This document shows, piece by piece, positions 12,001 through 27,000 of a stretch of DNA of 64,000 nucleotides. The DNA lies in contig NC_092670.1 in assembly GCF_964355755.1 (NCBI RefSeq), positions 12,138,795-12,202,794 on the forward strand, given 5' to 3'. How positions within the stretch are numbered: the stretch's first letter is position 1; each line of letters starts with the position of its first letter. A model generated the notes under the pieces. It did no database searches. It was not told the DNA's origin and worked only from the letters and a program-made list of their open reading frames with translations. The position numbers were made by a program, and so were the translations under genes. This stretch comes from Antedon mediterranea (Eukaryota > Animalia > Echinodermata).

Positions 12001-15000
12001 ATGATGGGAAGAATCAATACTGCACCACGTATGTCAGGACTTTTTGTATCAAAAACAAGTCAAATTTGTAAAAAACTAATTAAAATATTTTACTTACTAG
12101 ATTATCCAAACTTTTCTTAATCATCTGATGGTTGCAAAAGAACATTATGTAGAGAAAGAGGAAACTTGCTATGAAATTCCAGTGAATATAATTCCGAAGA
12201 CATCTCAAACTCCTACAAAACAAATGAAAACATTTTAAGAGTTATATGGTAATAGAACCCGCGCTACTATTGGATGATCTTGACTATTGCTCTTTCTTGG
12301 GTTGAGAAAACTGTGTAAATATACACACCAAACTATACGAATTCAACAATGAAATACATCATTATGTTTTTTTCCTGCAACCGTTTGAGAAATTGGATTC
12401 TTTTTTTTAACGGTTTGATAAATTAAAGATGTTTGAAATTATTGTACTATAATCAATACTTCTAATTTGCTTTGTGAATTATTTAATTATTATCCTACGG
12501 TAGAATAGACAAGGTGATAGAAAACAGTTTGGCTATATAGTGATGTAGATCGGCTAGGGATAAGAAGAAACTGCGAAATAGTAACAGCAATGGAACGTGT
12601 AATTAATTCATAACTAAATTCAATATGTATATTTATTTCGAGACCGAAAATAAACTAAATTGAATTTAATTATTTCTTTCACCACTTGATAATCATAACA
12701 CTTTTGTATAAGCAGTCCACCATACGTTAGAAATGTAGTTAGAAATGAAAATAAATAATTAATTAAAGTAGATTTGAGCTTTTTACGAAGATAATTGCTC
12801 GACCAAGAACAAATTAATAGCATTAATTAAATTAACATCACTTACTTGAAAGATAAGAATATACAGAATGCGATGACAAGAGAAACAAATGACAACGAAT
12901 AGCCAGCGTATAGAATGACGGTAGCTATGTCCAAGTATACGGCACTCTGAAAGAAAAAACACAAGAAAACAATGACACTTACAAAATAGACAGTTTTAAT
13001 ACAGAAATTAATATGGTACGATATAATTATAAGTAACGCTATGCATGCAATTATCTTTTTTTTTAATAATTCTAAAATTAAAATACAAACCACAGTAACA
13101 GCCTGGCAGTTTGTGTAATTAGCTTTATTTGCCCAAGTGCCATTCAAATAACAATTCCTAGTCACCTCTGAAATAAAAATAAAAATTCCCTCAATATTAT
13201 ATTTGTGTTTTCTGTCCCTTACACTATTAATCCGACAAACTTGGTCAACCTTATTATGAATAAAAAGTTCATTCATTCATTCATTTTCTTTATTTCGGAT
13301 AGTACATCATATACAAATCAAACAAAAACAAAGAGAAACAATTTATATAAAGAGAGAAGGATCAGATTATGTATCGATCAGAGATAAAACGTACATTGTA
13401 TCTTGCCGCCAACGAGTTAAACAGAGGGCAGACCAAGAAAATCTTTTGTTAAAACACGAATTTTTACGGCAATTCAGATATTGATCACAGTTTTGTAAAA
13501 ACATGAACATTATTGACCACAGAAGAGGTGCTCATATTTGCATATTGACTGCCAACATTGGCATATTGTACAACAGAAGATACATGAGAGTCGTGATTGG
13601 ATTGTTGGAGAGACCAAAGCGTACGGCCTGCCTACCTGACTTGTATGCGACGCCATTCCAGACTCTTGGGCATTTCAATCGTACTTCACCAGGAGGGCTT
13701 GGAGGCCAACATGTGATATTGTCATACAAACTTGGACAGTAACGACCTAAGTATGAGAGCAAGATGATGTTACCCGTTATGTATCTGACCACAGACGCCA
13801 AAGTGTTAATCTTAATTTCCAAAACAAAGAAAGTTATGGTAACATATTCATGGAAGAGGTTATGGAACCTCCCCACCACGACTCCAATTAAAGACCCATC
13901 TTCAACCTATTTTGATCCATGTCCATACTTAAATAGCGCCCCTATATATACTAATTTAAATCACAATATTACAGGCCTCCCTCCGATTACTTATACTTTT
14001 ACAATCACTACCTTCGGTTCCGTTTGGCTGCATATCTATTAGGTCTTGCTCTTCATATATTTTCCACAATGTGCATGTTGTAAATTGGGCATTCTCGTCT
14101 TCTGGATGTAAGTTCTCTTGATCTAAATATGCCTGTACAACCGGAGCTAGAACTTCCACAGTATACTGATGATCATCGAGTATATCCGATGTTTCATTAT
14201 CGTAATCCGTGGGTGCCGTGAGTAAATCCGAGACATTGTATTCACCGAATGTACCATCAGAAGACAAGGCGATAGTGATAGTTGCAGCAATCTGAAATAT
14301 ACAATGCAACACATTATGATTAGTAAAGAAGGCAAAGCTTATCACGATTGCTGTATAACAAATAACCATACACATTTTAACTATACATACACACTCACTG
14401 TTAGCTATTTATCCGGGTAGGTTAGTTCTTATTTACCCGGGTAAATAACTGAGCCGGAACAGGACCAATGTAGGCCTATCACCAGTCGAATCATCTGTAC
14501 ATACTGTATTGCACGTAATGATGAAAAAAAATATATTTTTATACTAATAACCAATTTCTTCTTATTTTGCGGATGTGGGAAAATGGTAGTCCCTCTATAA
14601 TATCAAGCAGATTTAGGTTCCCTATTTCATGAATATGTGAATAGGGCGGGAGTGTCATTTTTAAGCACCCAAAGGAGCTTAATTCTTCCGAGCACATAAA
14701 GGGGCCTAAATTCTTCTGAGGACCTAAACAAGCATATTTTTTTCAGAGCACATAAAGAAGCCTAATTCTTCAGAACACCAAAAAGAGCCTACATGTTATT
14801 CTTCAGAGCACATACAAGAGCTTAATTCTCATACGAACATAATTCTCTAGAGCACCGAAATAGCTTAATAAAGTGCCAATTTATTAGAGCACTGAAATTG
14901 CTTAATTCTTGAGATCCCAACTCTTCCAACTAAACAGCCCCATACTTCCTGAAGTTAAACAGGTTTTTGAAACTACTATATAGTTTGCCCCAGCTCAAGA

Positions 15001-18000
15001 GACAGCACAGTATATTAAGCTATGTTATTAAATTATACGACGGAACGAGGGACGTACGTACTGTAGTTTGTAATTCGTCAAAACACTTTCGCGACGATAC
15101 CAATGATGATATTGTTAGCAAGCAACTCATTGATAAGATACCGAACCCTGCAATCTAAACGAAATGAACACTTGACTTTTCTATATTTAGAAGTAATTAT
15201 ATTTACTATCCACGATATACAAATACACTATATGATTGAAAGATATGTACAAATATCTTGCTATGCCATTTACTGTGGTGCACCGTGTTTTAAAATACAT
15301 ACTCTGAGTTATAATATTGTAATGAATGTATGAGTACATAGTGTGGTTTCTCTGCTGGACGCAACGCAACGCAAAGCACATCCTAAATGGGCCAATCACA
15401 TACAACAGTTCTGATAGTCCTTCGCTTTTGATTGATCACATTTTCTGCGTTGTGTGTACACGTTATTGAATTGCGTCTGAGGAACCAACTTTAAAGCTTG
15501 ATTCCTACTCGGAGGAAAGACGTAAGCGCACCGCAATCAATAATTGTCCGATCACGCGTTGTGTTTTTTACGTCTTTGGGTTGCGTTCGAACAGGAACCA
15601 AGCTAAGCAGGGAGGTAGATAGGAGAGAGGCGTTGGAACTATTTTTGACAATCCATGGAGGTTTTTATTGGTTCAACATCAATATGTGCTTCGAAGGAAT
15701 GTCGACAACATTAATGAGGCATAATGATGGTGTTCATTAAAATATGCTCTCCAACAAAATATGTTCCTCTTCATAAATTAATCAGCCACTGATTTGAAGA
15801 GCTTATTACCCCGCTCTATATTTGTATACCATGGTCATCCATACTATAATACACTGTTCATATTAAAATGTGCCACAAAAAGAACGAGCGACACCAGGCT
15901 GCTGTACATCCTACCATTCTATGGTATTCGAGTCCTGTGCAAATGCTCGGGTTTTAAATCTGGAAAACTGTTTATTATCCCCATGGGACGCGATCAGCGC
16001 CAAAACCGTTCAGAAACAAAGTATGACGAACTATTTTGTACTATTCCTACTGAAAACAAAATACAGTTTTAAAATAAACTAAGTGATAACATTAATTTTA
16101 GCATTAACAGTTCACTTACGTCACGTCATACGCGGTTGTATTCTTTCAAGCTATAGCTAAATGCATTATTATGGGGTTGTGAGGGCCTCATGAGAATAAT
16201 TTGGACGTCAAATTGTTGAAATGCGAACAGATAATAAGGACACATCCATCCTTCAACTGTGTAGTTGATAAGATGTGGATACTGCCTTTATGCATAGGAT
16301 ATTTTTACAATAACAATAGCCTAATAAAAATAACAATAATTACAATAATTTAAAATAAATAATAACTACACAGTATAGTAATGACTATAATTTGTATGTG
16401 TTTAAATTTCAAATGTAAATATGTATATTTTTCTATGATGTATGTTTAAGCGGATATTAGCCCTTGATGGCATTTGCAGCAATAAAGAAATTTAATTGAA
16501 TTGAACTCTTAACGCGTGGAATTATCTATGTTAACCAACACATTTAAAATTTAGATTTTGAATTAAAAAGTACCACAGGAAAATAACAATTACTGCCACT
16601 CCTCTCAACATTCAATGTCCTGCTGCTTTCCGCTTTCACTTGCATTAATGAAAGTAGGCCATCAAGTTATTGATTCCTATCAATCTTTAGTAAACGAATG
16701 GAAGGTGTTCCGAGGGCTAATTTAAGAATAAAAATAGGTTGTAGGCGCTGTAGAGGTACAATCAAATCAATATTATTTTATTTTCCTATTGAAATATGAT
16801 ACAATAGGCTACAAGTAGGCCATAAAGTAATTCAAATAAAATAAATCCTTTCTTAAATTATAACAATAAATGAGAATGTTTTAATCAGTAGAATATTAGA
16901 TTGTCCAGCACTGATTCCACATTCGTAAACATTTTTAATCATAGAGATAAATAGAGGGAAATTACGTGTACGAGCGTAAACGGGTACGGTATATAATCAT
17001 AATAAACCGTTGGAGGCGCTAATTTTCCAATATTTATACGAGCGAAAATTGTGTTATTTTAAATGCTTTTATTTAAATTCTTTATAACTCTACAACATGC
17101 ATAAACATAGAGAAATACATTTTGTTTACAATCAATATGGTACCCAACTCGCCACTTTTAGTAACTTCATCATTTCCATTATCATTCCACCAGTGATATT
17201 TTTAAAATTGAAATATCCCCGATAGTCTATAGTGATCTGTGAGCAAAATTTACTAAATTCATACAACTAAGATTCAAATAGTTAGTGGTTGAAGTTATTC
17301 ATATTTACTCTAGAACTACTTAGGGTGCAAAGGTTACACCTTGTTTGCGCTAGCTATTTTTATAGGAATGATTGCAATGAGAAATATTGAGTTCAGGTTC
17401 CCAGATTCGGCTGACTTTTGCATGAAGCTGAAAGTCAATAATATTTACTACATTCATACTACAAAACCAAACATATCTTGACGATTAAAAATTAAATGAA
17501 AATATGTATTAATAATCTTCCTTAATTTAACTGTGAATTGAAGACATTCTAATTGGTCCTCTACGGAGACCCACATCGGCCATAGTGCAGCGCCTACTAT
17601 CAACATACCGGAGATGATCAACATACCGGAGATGATCCCTAATCTCGAATTTATAAAGTTATTCTAAAGTATGTGATGTCTGTCTGTCTGTCGGACTATG
17701 TTTTTTGGAAACGATATAATACAAACTATGATAAAAGCAGTGATTTATGTTGTTATTTTGTAGAAACTGATAATCATAAGTTATGATTAAGTCGATTATA
17801 ATAGAGAAAAAAAAATTGAAACTATATCAATCTATTCTTCTTTCTCAAATTTCAAAAGGTTTATAACACCTAATTTACCGTTAATTAAGTTTCTCATATA
17901 CAAATTAAACGTTAAGAGATAGATTTAGAATACAGAACATTATTGATCAGACCCAGAGAGTGCTTTAATCAAGTAATATCAACAAGCATGATTACCTTTA

Positions 18001-21000
18001 CTGTACAAGTATGTAGTTTTCAGAATATTATACTTTGATGATACAAATCAAGAGAGACGGCAATGCTATGCATGCTGTGGATTTTATTTTACCTAAAGTG
18101 AAGTAAGGAGGCGGGTGTTTACAGTATACTCATCTGTCCCTTTTCCATTTGACGAAAATGTGTTGAGACCGCCAATTCATTCCATGTATTAATAAGAAAG
18201 ATGCTCTGCAAAACCACAACGGTATGAAACCCATACTTCCGCTATGTAAGTAGTAAAAAAATGGACCCATCAATTTTATTTTGAGGGGTGTCCAATAAGA
18301 GCAAAATGGCATTCCAGTTTATCCATGTATGAAACGCCTCACCAGGAGCATTTTCTAGGAAGTGCCATATTATCGATAATAAATTAAAGAAATGCCAGTG
18401 GGTAAGAAATGATCTTTTAAAGCAAAAACACACTCAACTCGTTGGCATTTAGAGCTGCTGTAGTTTATAACGTGTCGTACGGTTTAGCATGAAGTATAGT
18501 TTTATACCGTGTTGTTACAAGAAAGTCAATGGCATCGTATATTGACTGAAGTCTTTCTATAATTTAATTACTTCAACAGAGCTCAGTAAACACCCTGTTT
18601 CAATGAAAAGAAGTGTGGAGTATTCATTAACTAGTACTGTACCAGTAATTATTTCTTCGTTTGGAAATACAAATACATTACGACCCAAAGACACATGTTA
18701 CTCGCTGTTAACATGAAAAGTGCGATAGCTATTACCATGGAAGAATGAAAATAATTTCACTCTTTTCTGCTATTATTACAAAGTGCCACGATTATTACTA
18801 AGTGCGACTTAACATACGCTCGACGGTAACGAGGGCCTCGGTTATTTATACTCGGAATGTGTGAATTGATGAATATGCCTTATGTCTATAATAGATTATA
18901 GAATAACGGAAAAGTGTGTAGGCATATAATTATGATTGCTTTCAGTGTCAATATTACATATCAAGTTGTAATCTATAATATTATATAATAATGACACTTT
19001 TTAAATTTTTATCTTCCCGACCTTTCCTTTTTTGCCTTTCTATTTACATTTATATATTTATTCTTTATTCAATTTTAACTATTGTAATATATTTTTACTT
19101 TATGTTTTATGTCGTATTGTTGAGGGCCCCTTAAAATCAGCTTCTGCTGGCTGGGTCACCCACCCTCTTGAACGATAGTTAAATAAATAACTAAATAAAT
19201 ATGGGGCCTACGTGGTTGATTGCTGGATTTGTTGACCAATCGGCAGCGATATTTTAAACTTTATTTAATCTGGTGGGAATATTATATAACAATTTCGTAT
19301 TGTTATGTATGTACTATACACAGGACTAGATAATTTCCTTTGTAACGGTTTAGCCTAAGTAATCTTTTTAAAGTACGTTATTTGTTACAGAATAGACATT
19401 TAGTCTCATTTCGATTTCTTTTTTATTCATTCGATCTATTAATAGAAATCATCGGAAGAGACTGCAGTAAAAAAATACCGGGTACTATCAGGTAATCTGA
19501 TTTTGATAATAACTTGATAACAATGCCAATGGTGATGGTAATGTGAACGTATTATTAGCGGTTCGCTTCCTTTATTATACACAAAAACCATATTGTGGGT
19601 TCGTTAAGAAATCTAAAATAGCAAATATTACGGAAGAGTGAAATTAGTGTAATTTCACTCTTCCTTGCAAATACTAAGCAAAACTCTGATTCATTTTTAC
19701 AAGTACAGTGATCATGTCAACATTTACTGCAGTAACTATACATTTTTACTGTAATAATGTATATGGTTTTAGTTTGTTTAAAAGGCAGTCACTGCAATCA
19801 ACGTGTGTGTTTTTGTTTGTTTTGTTTTTTGCCTGATTGTTTTTCCCTTTTTTAATCTGTTTATATTCTAACACTTTTTATGTATTTTGGTCAGTATTTT
19901 TTAAATATAAGAGAGTAAATAATGTTTAGTTATACTGCAGTAACTGCAGCAGAATAATTTTGACATGAGCCCTAAAAATATATCTAGTATACTACTATAG
20001 AGATAGCTTTATTCGTAGTATACAACAAATAAATTTATCTATCTACAGAGGTACTAACTATCCCTAAAACTCGTTTCCAGTTCGACAGACAAACCAAATG
20101 AATTCTGTGTTGCCAGTGTGTATTTAGAAAATGCGGGATATAAATAAATTGTGTAAGTCGTAATTTGCCAAAGGGTATGCAACATTCTTCGATACGTGAA
20201 ATAACGTTACGGTTAATTTGGTATTTTCACTTGAACTACACTTTCCCTAGGAAAATATTGCAGCAGGAACTTTTTCCCGATGAAAATAATTCCGGATCAA
20301 AATTTTTTACCGAGAAAAATAATTCCAGATGAAATTATTTCCTCAAGAAAGATGCGATACAGCAGACAGGCTTTCCCATTATTAAATGGACACAACACTT
20401 TCATGTGGAACGATAAAATATGTTTTAACACTACAGCCAACCCATTTAATTGAAGATTTTCTTGTGTTTTTGTTCAGCGTTTTACCAGGCAATTTTTTTT
20501 CATTTATTATTTTAAGGTATGGTGTCCCTAATAAAATCGAATAGACCTAAAAAAGAAGAGGGAGCGGAATGAGGACAACTTTGAAATGAACTATGAACTT
20601 ATAGGAAACCAATCGGAAATTGAACCAAGATGGTTCATCGCTCGAATAAATTGCTACAAATTTCACCCAGGGAGTTAGCATCAACCGTTCTCTGAATAAT
20701 TATAAAGTTAAAACTACAATAATTGTAATACAGGCCGCCGGAGAATTCTCTGATATTAGCATCTTCAAGGGAGTAAGTGTGTATGACGGATACGGTGCAT
20801 TGCCGAGAGAATGTGACTCGAAGGTATAAACAAATTCATAAGCGGTATCGATTGTAGTGCAAAGAACTATAATAAATAATAATATTATAGTTATTCATCT
20901 CGTCTGTGTAGAATCGTTTTGTTTTTTTGCAACTATTAAACGAAATTTTTCTAGAAGGTTAATTTGTATTAATATATAGATGTATCTAATATATATTAGT

Positions 21001-24000
21001 ATTGATATCTCCTTCATTGAAATTAGAACTTTATTCACTCGCAAACGCAGAGAATTGACGGTGTCATTGCGGCGAAAAAACGATTACTGTACCTCTAATC
21101 TCACAGTAGCGGTATTTTATGATCATTTTCTTAGACAAAGTACGATTATCCTATTCAATTGTTGCACATTAATCAACAGTGTGACAGTAAAAGTGCGAAC
21201 ATTAATTTTTCATAAATTTCAGATAGGCCTAAATAATACCATATCAGATGTGGTTTTAAAGTTGTACTTGTCAATCGCACGTTCCCTTTAAATACAGTAG
21301 AATTGCCTAATTTTTGGAGCTACTGTTTATAAGTAGTCGTTACATCACATACAACCACAGAGCGAGTGGCTGGATTCGGATCTAAATTAGAGGTGAATAT
21401 TTGACTACAGATTATAGAATATGGCTCTGGTGATTTCAATAATTCAAGGTAACACGTGATGCAGTTTGAATACTTTGTGAATCTATTTAGTCTGCCATCG
21501 TCAATTAATCGAAGATGCTTAAATATCATAAGATAAAATGGCAATGCTTTTGGTTAAGATATTATACGTTTGATTTTTGAAAATCTATTTATAGTGCATT
21601 ATAATAAATGCATTGATGTTTATTGTAATGTATTGTATAGCTACATGACAATGAAAGCTAAGTGAAATTCCATTGCTGTGGGCACTTGTCTGATTCCAGG
21701 GAATTCTATCAGAATAATTGTATTATATGAAAAACGATCCAACTCGGCTATTTTTAAACTTATGATGTGTGCGAGACTATTATAGAAATTTACGATACGC
21801 GAGTTGCAATGAGGGGTCGATTCTAAATTTTTAAAGTATATAGCAAAATACCATGATACAGCATCACACAAATGAACATGGTATCGTATCGATAACCATC
21901 TCGTAACTAACATTACCTGATACATGTACCGCATATAACCGACGCACACATGTTGTGTTACAACATTTTCTTGGCAGATGGTTCGAGTCATGTGGAGACA
22001 AATGCATAGGGAATCGGGTGCTGATGAGTGGTCTTCACTTAAAAACTCAAATGAGCCATCGGAAAATGACACATGTACACCATAAGTTCCTATTTTAATT
22101 TATGCATATATTATATGATTATGGAGTGTTAGGTCAACCCTTGTTTTGTTTTTTCAGGCAACCCACACAGTTAATTCTTTACCACGCAACACGTAAACGT
22201 CTCTCTATATAGAGTGATTATTTCTAAAATGACCATAAAGTCGAACTTTGTTAGCAGGCGTATAACAGCACCGAATGCTATTGCTGTATGTACCCGCTGT
22301 ATCTTTTTGTTGTGTGTCGGTATGCTAAAGCTTAAAGGGTAGCTCCGGGTTTAAAATTCTATTCTTTATCAATACAAAACTTTGCAACCACATTGATAAA
22401 TCATATAGGCCTATATTTTCCCGAAATCAGTGAAGCAGAACGAGCAGGGTAGCTCCGAGTTTAAAATTCTATTCTTTATTTATATTTAATACAAAACTTT
22501 GCAACCACATTGATAAATCATACTATATTTTCCCGAAATCGGTAAAGCAGAACGAGCGTAGTTAAATAAGTCCCTTTTTAAAAGTGGTGCCACTTAACTG
22601 TTTTTCTAGTGTTAAAGGATTGGAAATTCACCACAAGTGGACTCTGGTTATGTAAATTTGAGACACTTTTCTTAAGGAAATAAATATATAAATCGAAAGA
22701 AAAATCAATTTTAACCCGGAGCTACACTTTAAGAATGAAAATTACTTAAAAGGCACGTTAAATTAACACCAACCAAGGTTACTACTTAGCGATGAATATT
22801 AAAACACATCTTCTTCTTGTCAATCTATATTATAATTAGAATTTTCCATTAAAATCGTTAAGTGTATATCACAATAATTTTAACCTAGACTCTAGGTCTT
22901 CGATATCGGTATGAGAGGTAATTGTGGGAATTTTTTAGCATTACGCAAATTTTAGAGAGTGCGAAAACAATTTAAAGGATATTTAAATATTAATACTATT
23001 ACTGCCTTCTTAATTATATTTACATTATAAATATGCACACTGAATAGATCAATAAGTAATATAAATATTGATTGTTTTTTCTTAATCATATTTACATTTT
23101 CATTGAAAATTGTTTATTTTGGTTTCGTATACTTTCAATTTTAATTATCTAAATAATGTGTTTATTTCAGCTGGTTAAATTTCATAATTGGGGTTGTGGA
23201 TATTTAAATGTAAACATACAGAGAACTAGGTGCCGTAGCCGTTAGCCACTTTCGGATACGAGACAAGGTATCTAAATCGGACGGTAACAGGTTGTTGGGA
23301 ATGCAATCGGAATGTTTTGAGAAACATTAATGTAATGATCCACGTTTATATCATCACCAGTGACTCATATTGATTTTTGTGTGCGTGCTTAATAAATAAT
23401 AGTAATAACACAAATTATAAAATTTCATGTTTAAAATATTTTAAAGCTATAAGGATATTTTATTAACGTCATTTACCCCCGGTAGAGGGGTAATAATCGT
23501 TACATTAATATCGCCAACCTTGTCTGACCTCAAATTAATGTTTAGTTTGGTCCATCGTTGGATTCACGAGAGAGATGGTTTAGCTAAAATTCAAGCTATA
23601 AAAGGTAACACATGTTCACATAAATTACATGGACATAAACCGAACATAATACATTACAATACACTCCGGACAAGCAAAAAACATACGTCATTATAAGAGA
23701 GTTTTATTAATAACTCGAATATTAACAGTTCATGGTCCTAAACGACCGGTTCATGACCTTCCGATTGTTTAAATATGGCTCGCAAGGGAAACGTTCTGTG
23801 AAATCAAATTATGGACTTGTAACAATAGAACCAACTGTACTGAAAATATATGTAAGGAATTAAGTAGCCGCGCCCTTTGGACACACGCTAGCACTTGTTA
23901 CTTAACTTAGGCCTACTTACCCCAAACTGACGAGCCTACTTCCCGATGCGACATGTTTTTAAGAGGAATGGGAAGGGTATCAACATTCGGATGACGCCAT

Positions 24001-27000
24001 CCATCCAAAACAAAAGCAATAGGCCTAATATTTGACATTTTGGTATAAAGTAGGTTGAAAGCTTGAAAGGTATATTAAAAATAATAATATAGTCAAACAC
24101 GCTATAACTTGAACATTTAGCTGTTTCATGAGGTTCAGGAGAAATATAATAACGTATAATTTTAGAATTTCGTTTTTTTTTATAAAAAAAAACACCTGGA
24201 ATTTAATTTCCACTTAATATATGATAATTTCCAAGCTTTTATTGTGCAAAAATAAATTTGTAAAATATTTTATTAGATCGATTTCATCGTTCGGTTTATC
24301 CAGCTACTGAATACTATCTGTCAGTAGTTGCGTCGACTTGTGTACTGTTTTCATTAAAAAAAGATCGATACTTTACGATACCCTCGTAAAATACGGTTCA
24401 AAACTGTATACATATTGGGTACTTCATGTTTAGGAATAATATTAGTTTTATAGAGTGTATTTACTTTCAATTCTTTTGTTAACAACGAACTGTACATCAA
24501 ACATAACATTCTACTCGGAAGACTGTCTTTGTGTTGAGCATGGCTACAGGTCACTTGGATTCCAAGGAAACCATCTAGGGCCTACTTTATGTTGAACACT
24601 TCTTATATTATATAATAATAATAATTTATATTACCCGGTCACAATCATTTCACTCGACATCTACCCGTAAGAAATCCATGTAAGTAATTGGACACAACCG
24701 TAACATGGCTATAGATATTTACTCGCAGAACCACTAGATTCATTCTTAACATAACTAGATCCAACCATAGAACAACTAGATTCATTCTTAACATAACTAG
24801 ATCCAACCATAGAACAACTAGATTCATTCTTAACATAACTAGATCCAACCATAGAACAACTAGATTCATTCTTAACATAACTAGATCCAACCATAGAACA
24901 ACTAGATTCATTCTTAACATAACTAGATCCATGCCATAGAACAACTAGATTAATTCTTAACATAACTAGATCCAACCATAGAACAACTAGATTCATTCTT
25001 AACATAACTAGATCCAACCATAGAACAACTAGATTCATTCTTAACATAACTAGATCCAACCATAGAACAACTAGATTCATTCTTAACATAACTAGATCCA
25101 ACCTTAGAACAAATAGATTCATTCTTAACATAGCTAGATCCAACCATAGAACAACTAGATTCATTCTTAACATAACTAGATCCAACCATAGAACAAATAG
25201 ATTCATTCTTAACATAACTAGATCCAACCATAGAACAACTAGATTCATTCTTAACATAACTAGATCCAACCATAGAACAACTAGATTAATTCTTAACATA
25301 ACTAGATCCAACCATAGAACAACTAGATTCATTCTTAACATAACTAGATCCAACCATAGAACAACTAGATTCATTCTTAACATAACTAGATCCAACCATA
25401 GAACAACTATTTCACTCATAATCATAACGCTATTTATTATTATATCCACTTCTATTTATAATAATAAAACTATATTTAAAAAAACTAGATCCACTCGTAG
25501 CACAACTAAATCCACTCGTAGCACAATTAGATCCACAATTGAACAACTAGATCCACTCGTGGCACAACTAGATCCAGTCGTGGTACAACTAGATTTACTT
25601 GTAGAACAACTAGATCCACTCGTAGACCAACTAGCCACTACTCGTAGAACAACTAGATCCATTACTCGTAGAACAACTAGATCCACTCGTAGAACAACTA
25701 GATCTAGTCGTTGAATAACTAGATCCACACGTAGAACAACTAGATCTAGTCGTTGAAAAACTAGATCCACACGTAGAACAACTAGATCCACTCGTAGAAC
25801 AACTAGATCTAGTCGTTGAACAACTAGATCCACTCGTAAAACAACTAGACGTAGAACAACTAGATCTAGTCGTTGAACAACTAGATCTACACGTAGAACA
25901 ACTAGATCCACTCGTAGAACAACTAGATCCACACGTAGAACAACTAGATTCACTCGTAGAACAACTAGATCTAGTCGTTGAACAACTAGATCCACACGTA
26001 GAACAACTAGATTCACTCGTAGAACAACTAGACCTAGTCGTTGAACAACTAGATCCACTCGTAGAACAACTAGATCTAGTCGTTGAACAACTAGATCCAC
26101 ACGTAGAACAACTAGATCTAGTCGTTGAACAACTAGATCCACACGTAGAACAACTAAATCTAGTCGTAGCTCAACTAGATTCACTCGTAGCACAACTGCT
26201 TCAACCCATGCTATATCCACCCACAACGCAATCTGCCAGTGGCACAATTTATATTTACGAGAACGTATGCCGACATTATTGTCCTTCACTTCAAATTCAA
26301 AACAACTGACTTAATGATTTTCGTTGTATGTTTTATTAATAGATGTGCAAATATATAAGCAACACTCCAGCAAATTTACGATAAGAAGAATACAAAGGGG
26401 TTATTGAACCTGTTATATCAGTCATTCGTTACAAATTAATAACGAGTTACTAATTTATTACCTAAAGAGGTTAACTAAGGGGGAATTGACCTCGAAAGGT
26501 CAATTCCTTCCTTCGTGGTAGAGTAGACTTGTTAACACTAAAGTGTAACTACCGAAATCAAGAAATACAAAAATGAGCTTTAGTTTAACCACAAAAATGA
26601 GACCTGCATTTTTGCCTTAAATTCTTTAAAAAACACCCAAAAGGATAATTTTACTAATGTTCAACTGCATCAGTAGTTAAGACATTCATTTTACATGCAT
26701 AATTATTTGTTTTAGCATAAAGCAAAACAACACATATAATGGAACACCTTCGGGGACCGACAAAGTGTCCCTTAATATGGATGTTCCTTGTATGACGCAG
26801 AGGTGCCATGGAAAGGTGGACGTTATTAACATTATTTGCTCGGCATTCGTTTCAAAAGGAAGTGTCCCTTTTTTAGGGATGTCTCCTTAATAATGTAATC
26901 CACAGGGGTGGGGGTGGGATGGGGGGTTGCACGAGTGTTCAACATCCGCCTCATTCGTTTCACAGGAAGCTTATTAGGAGTGTCCTTGCCCTATTTCCAT

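Noticed and set aside
18113-18595. Short ORFs and a 12-bp imperfect inverted pair (GGGTGTTTAC) suggesting a decayed element
   Set aside because: No TSD and no recognisable protein motif.
22081-22104. CATAAGTT..AATTTATG weak hairpin
   Set aside because: Arms and flanks are too degenerate to distinguish from chance.
24732-26197. CRISPR-like constant/variable periodicity
   Set aside because: The variable segments are only ~11 bp and recur many times; there are no cas genes; the context is eukaryotic.
24645-26289. Long minus-strand ORFs (246 and 277 aa) with LVVLWLD / LVVLRVD heptads
   Set aside because: By-products of stop-free 21-bp repeats. Several frames are open at once, one array has a frameshift, and there is no splice or domain support.
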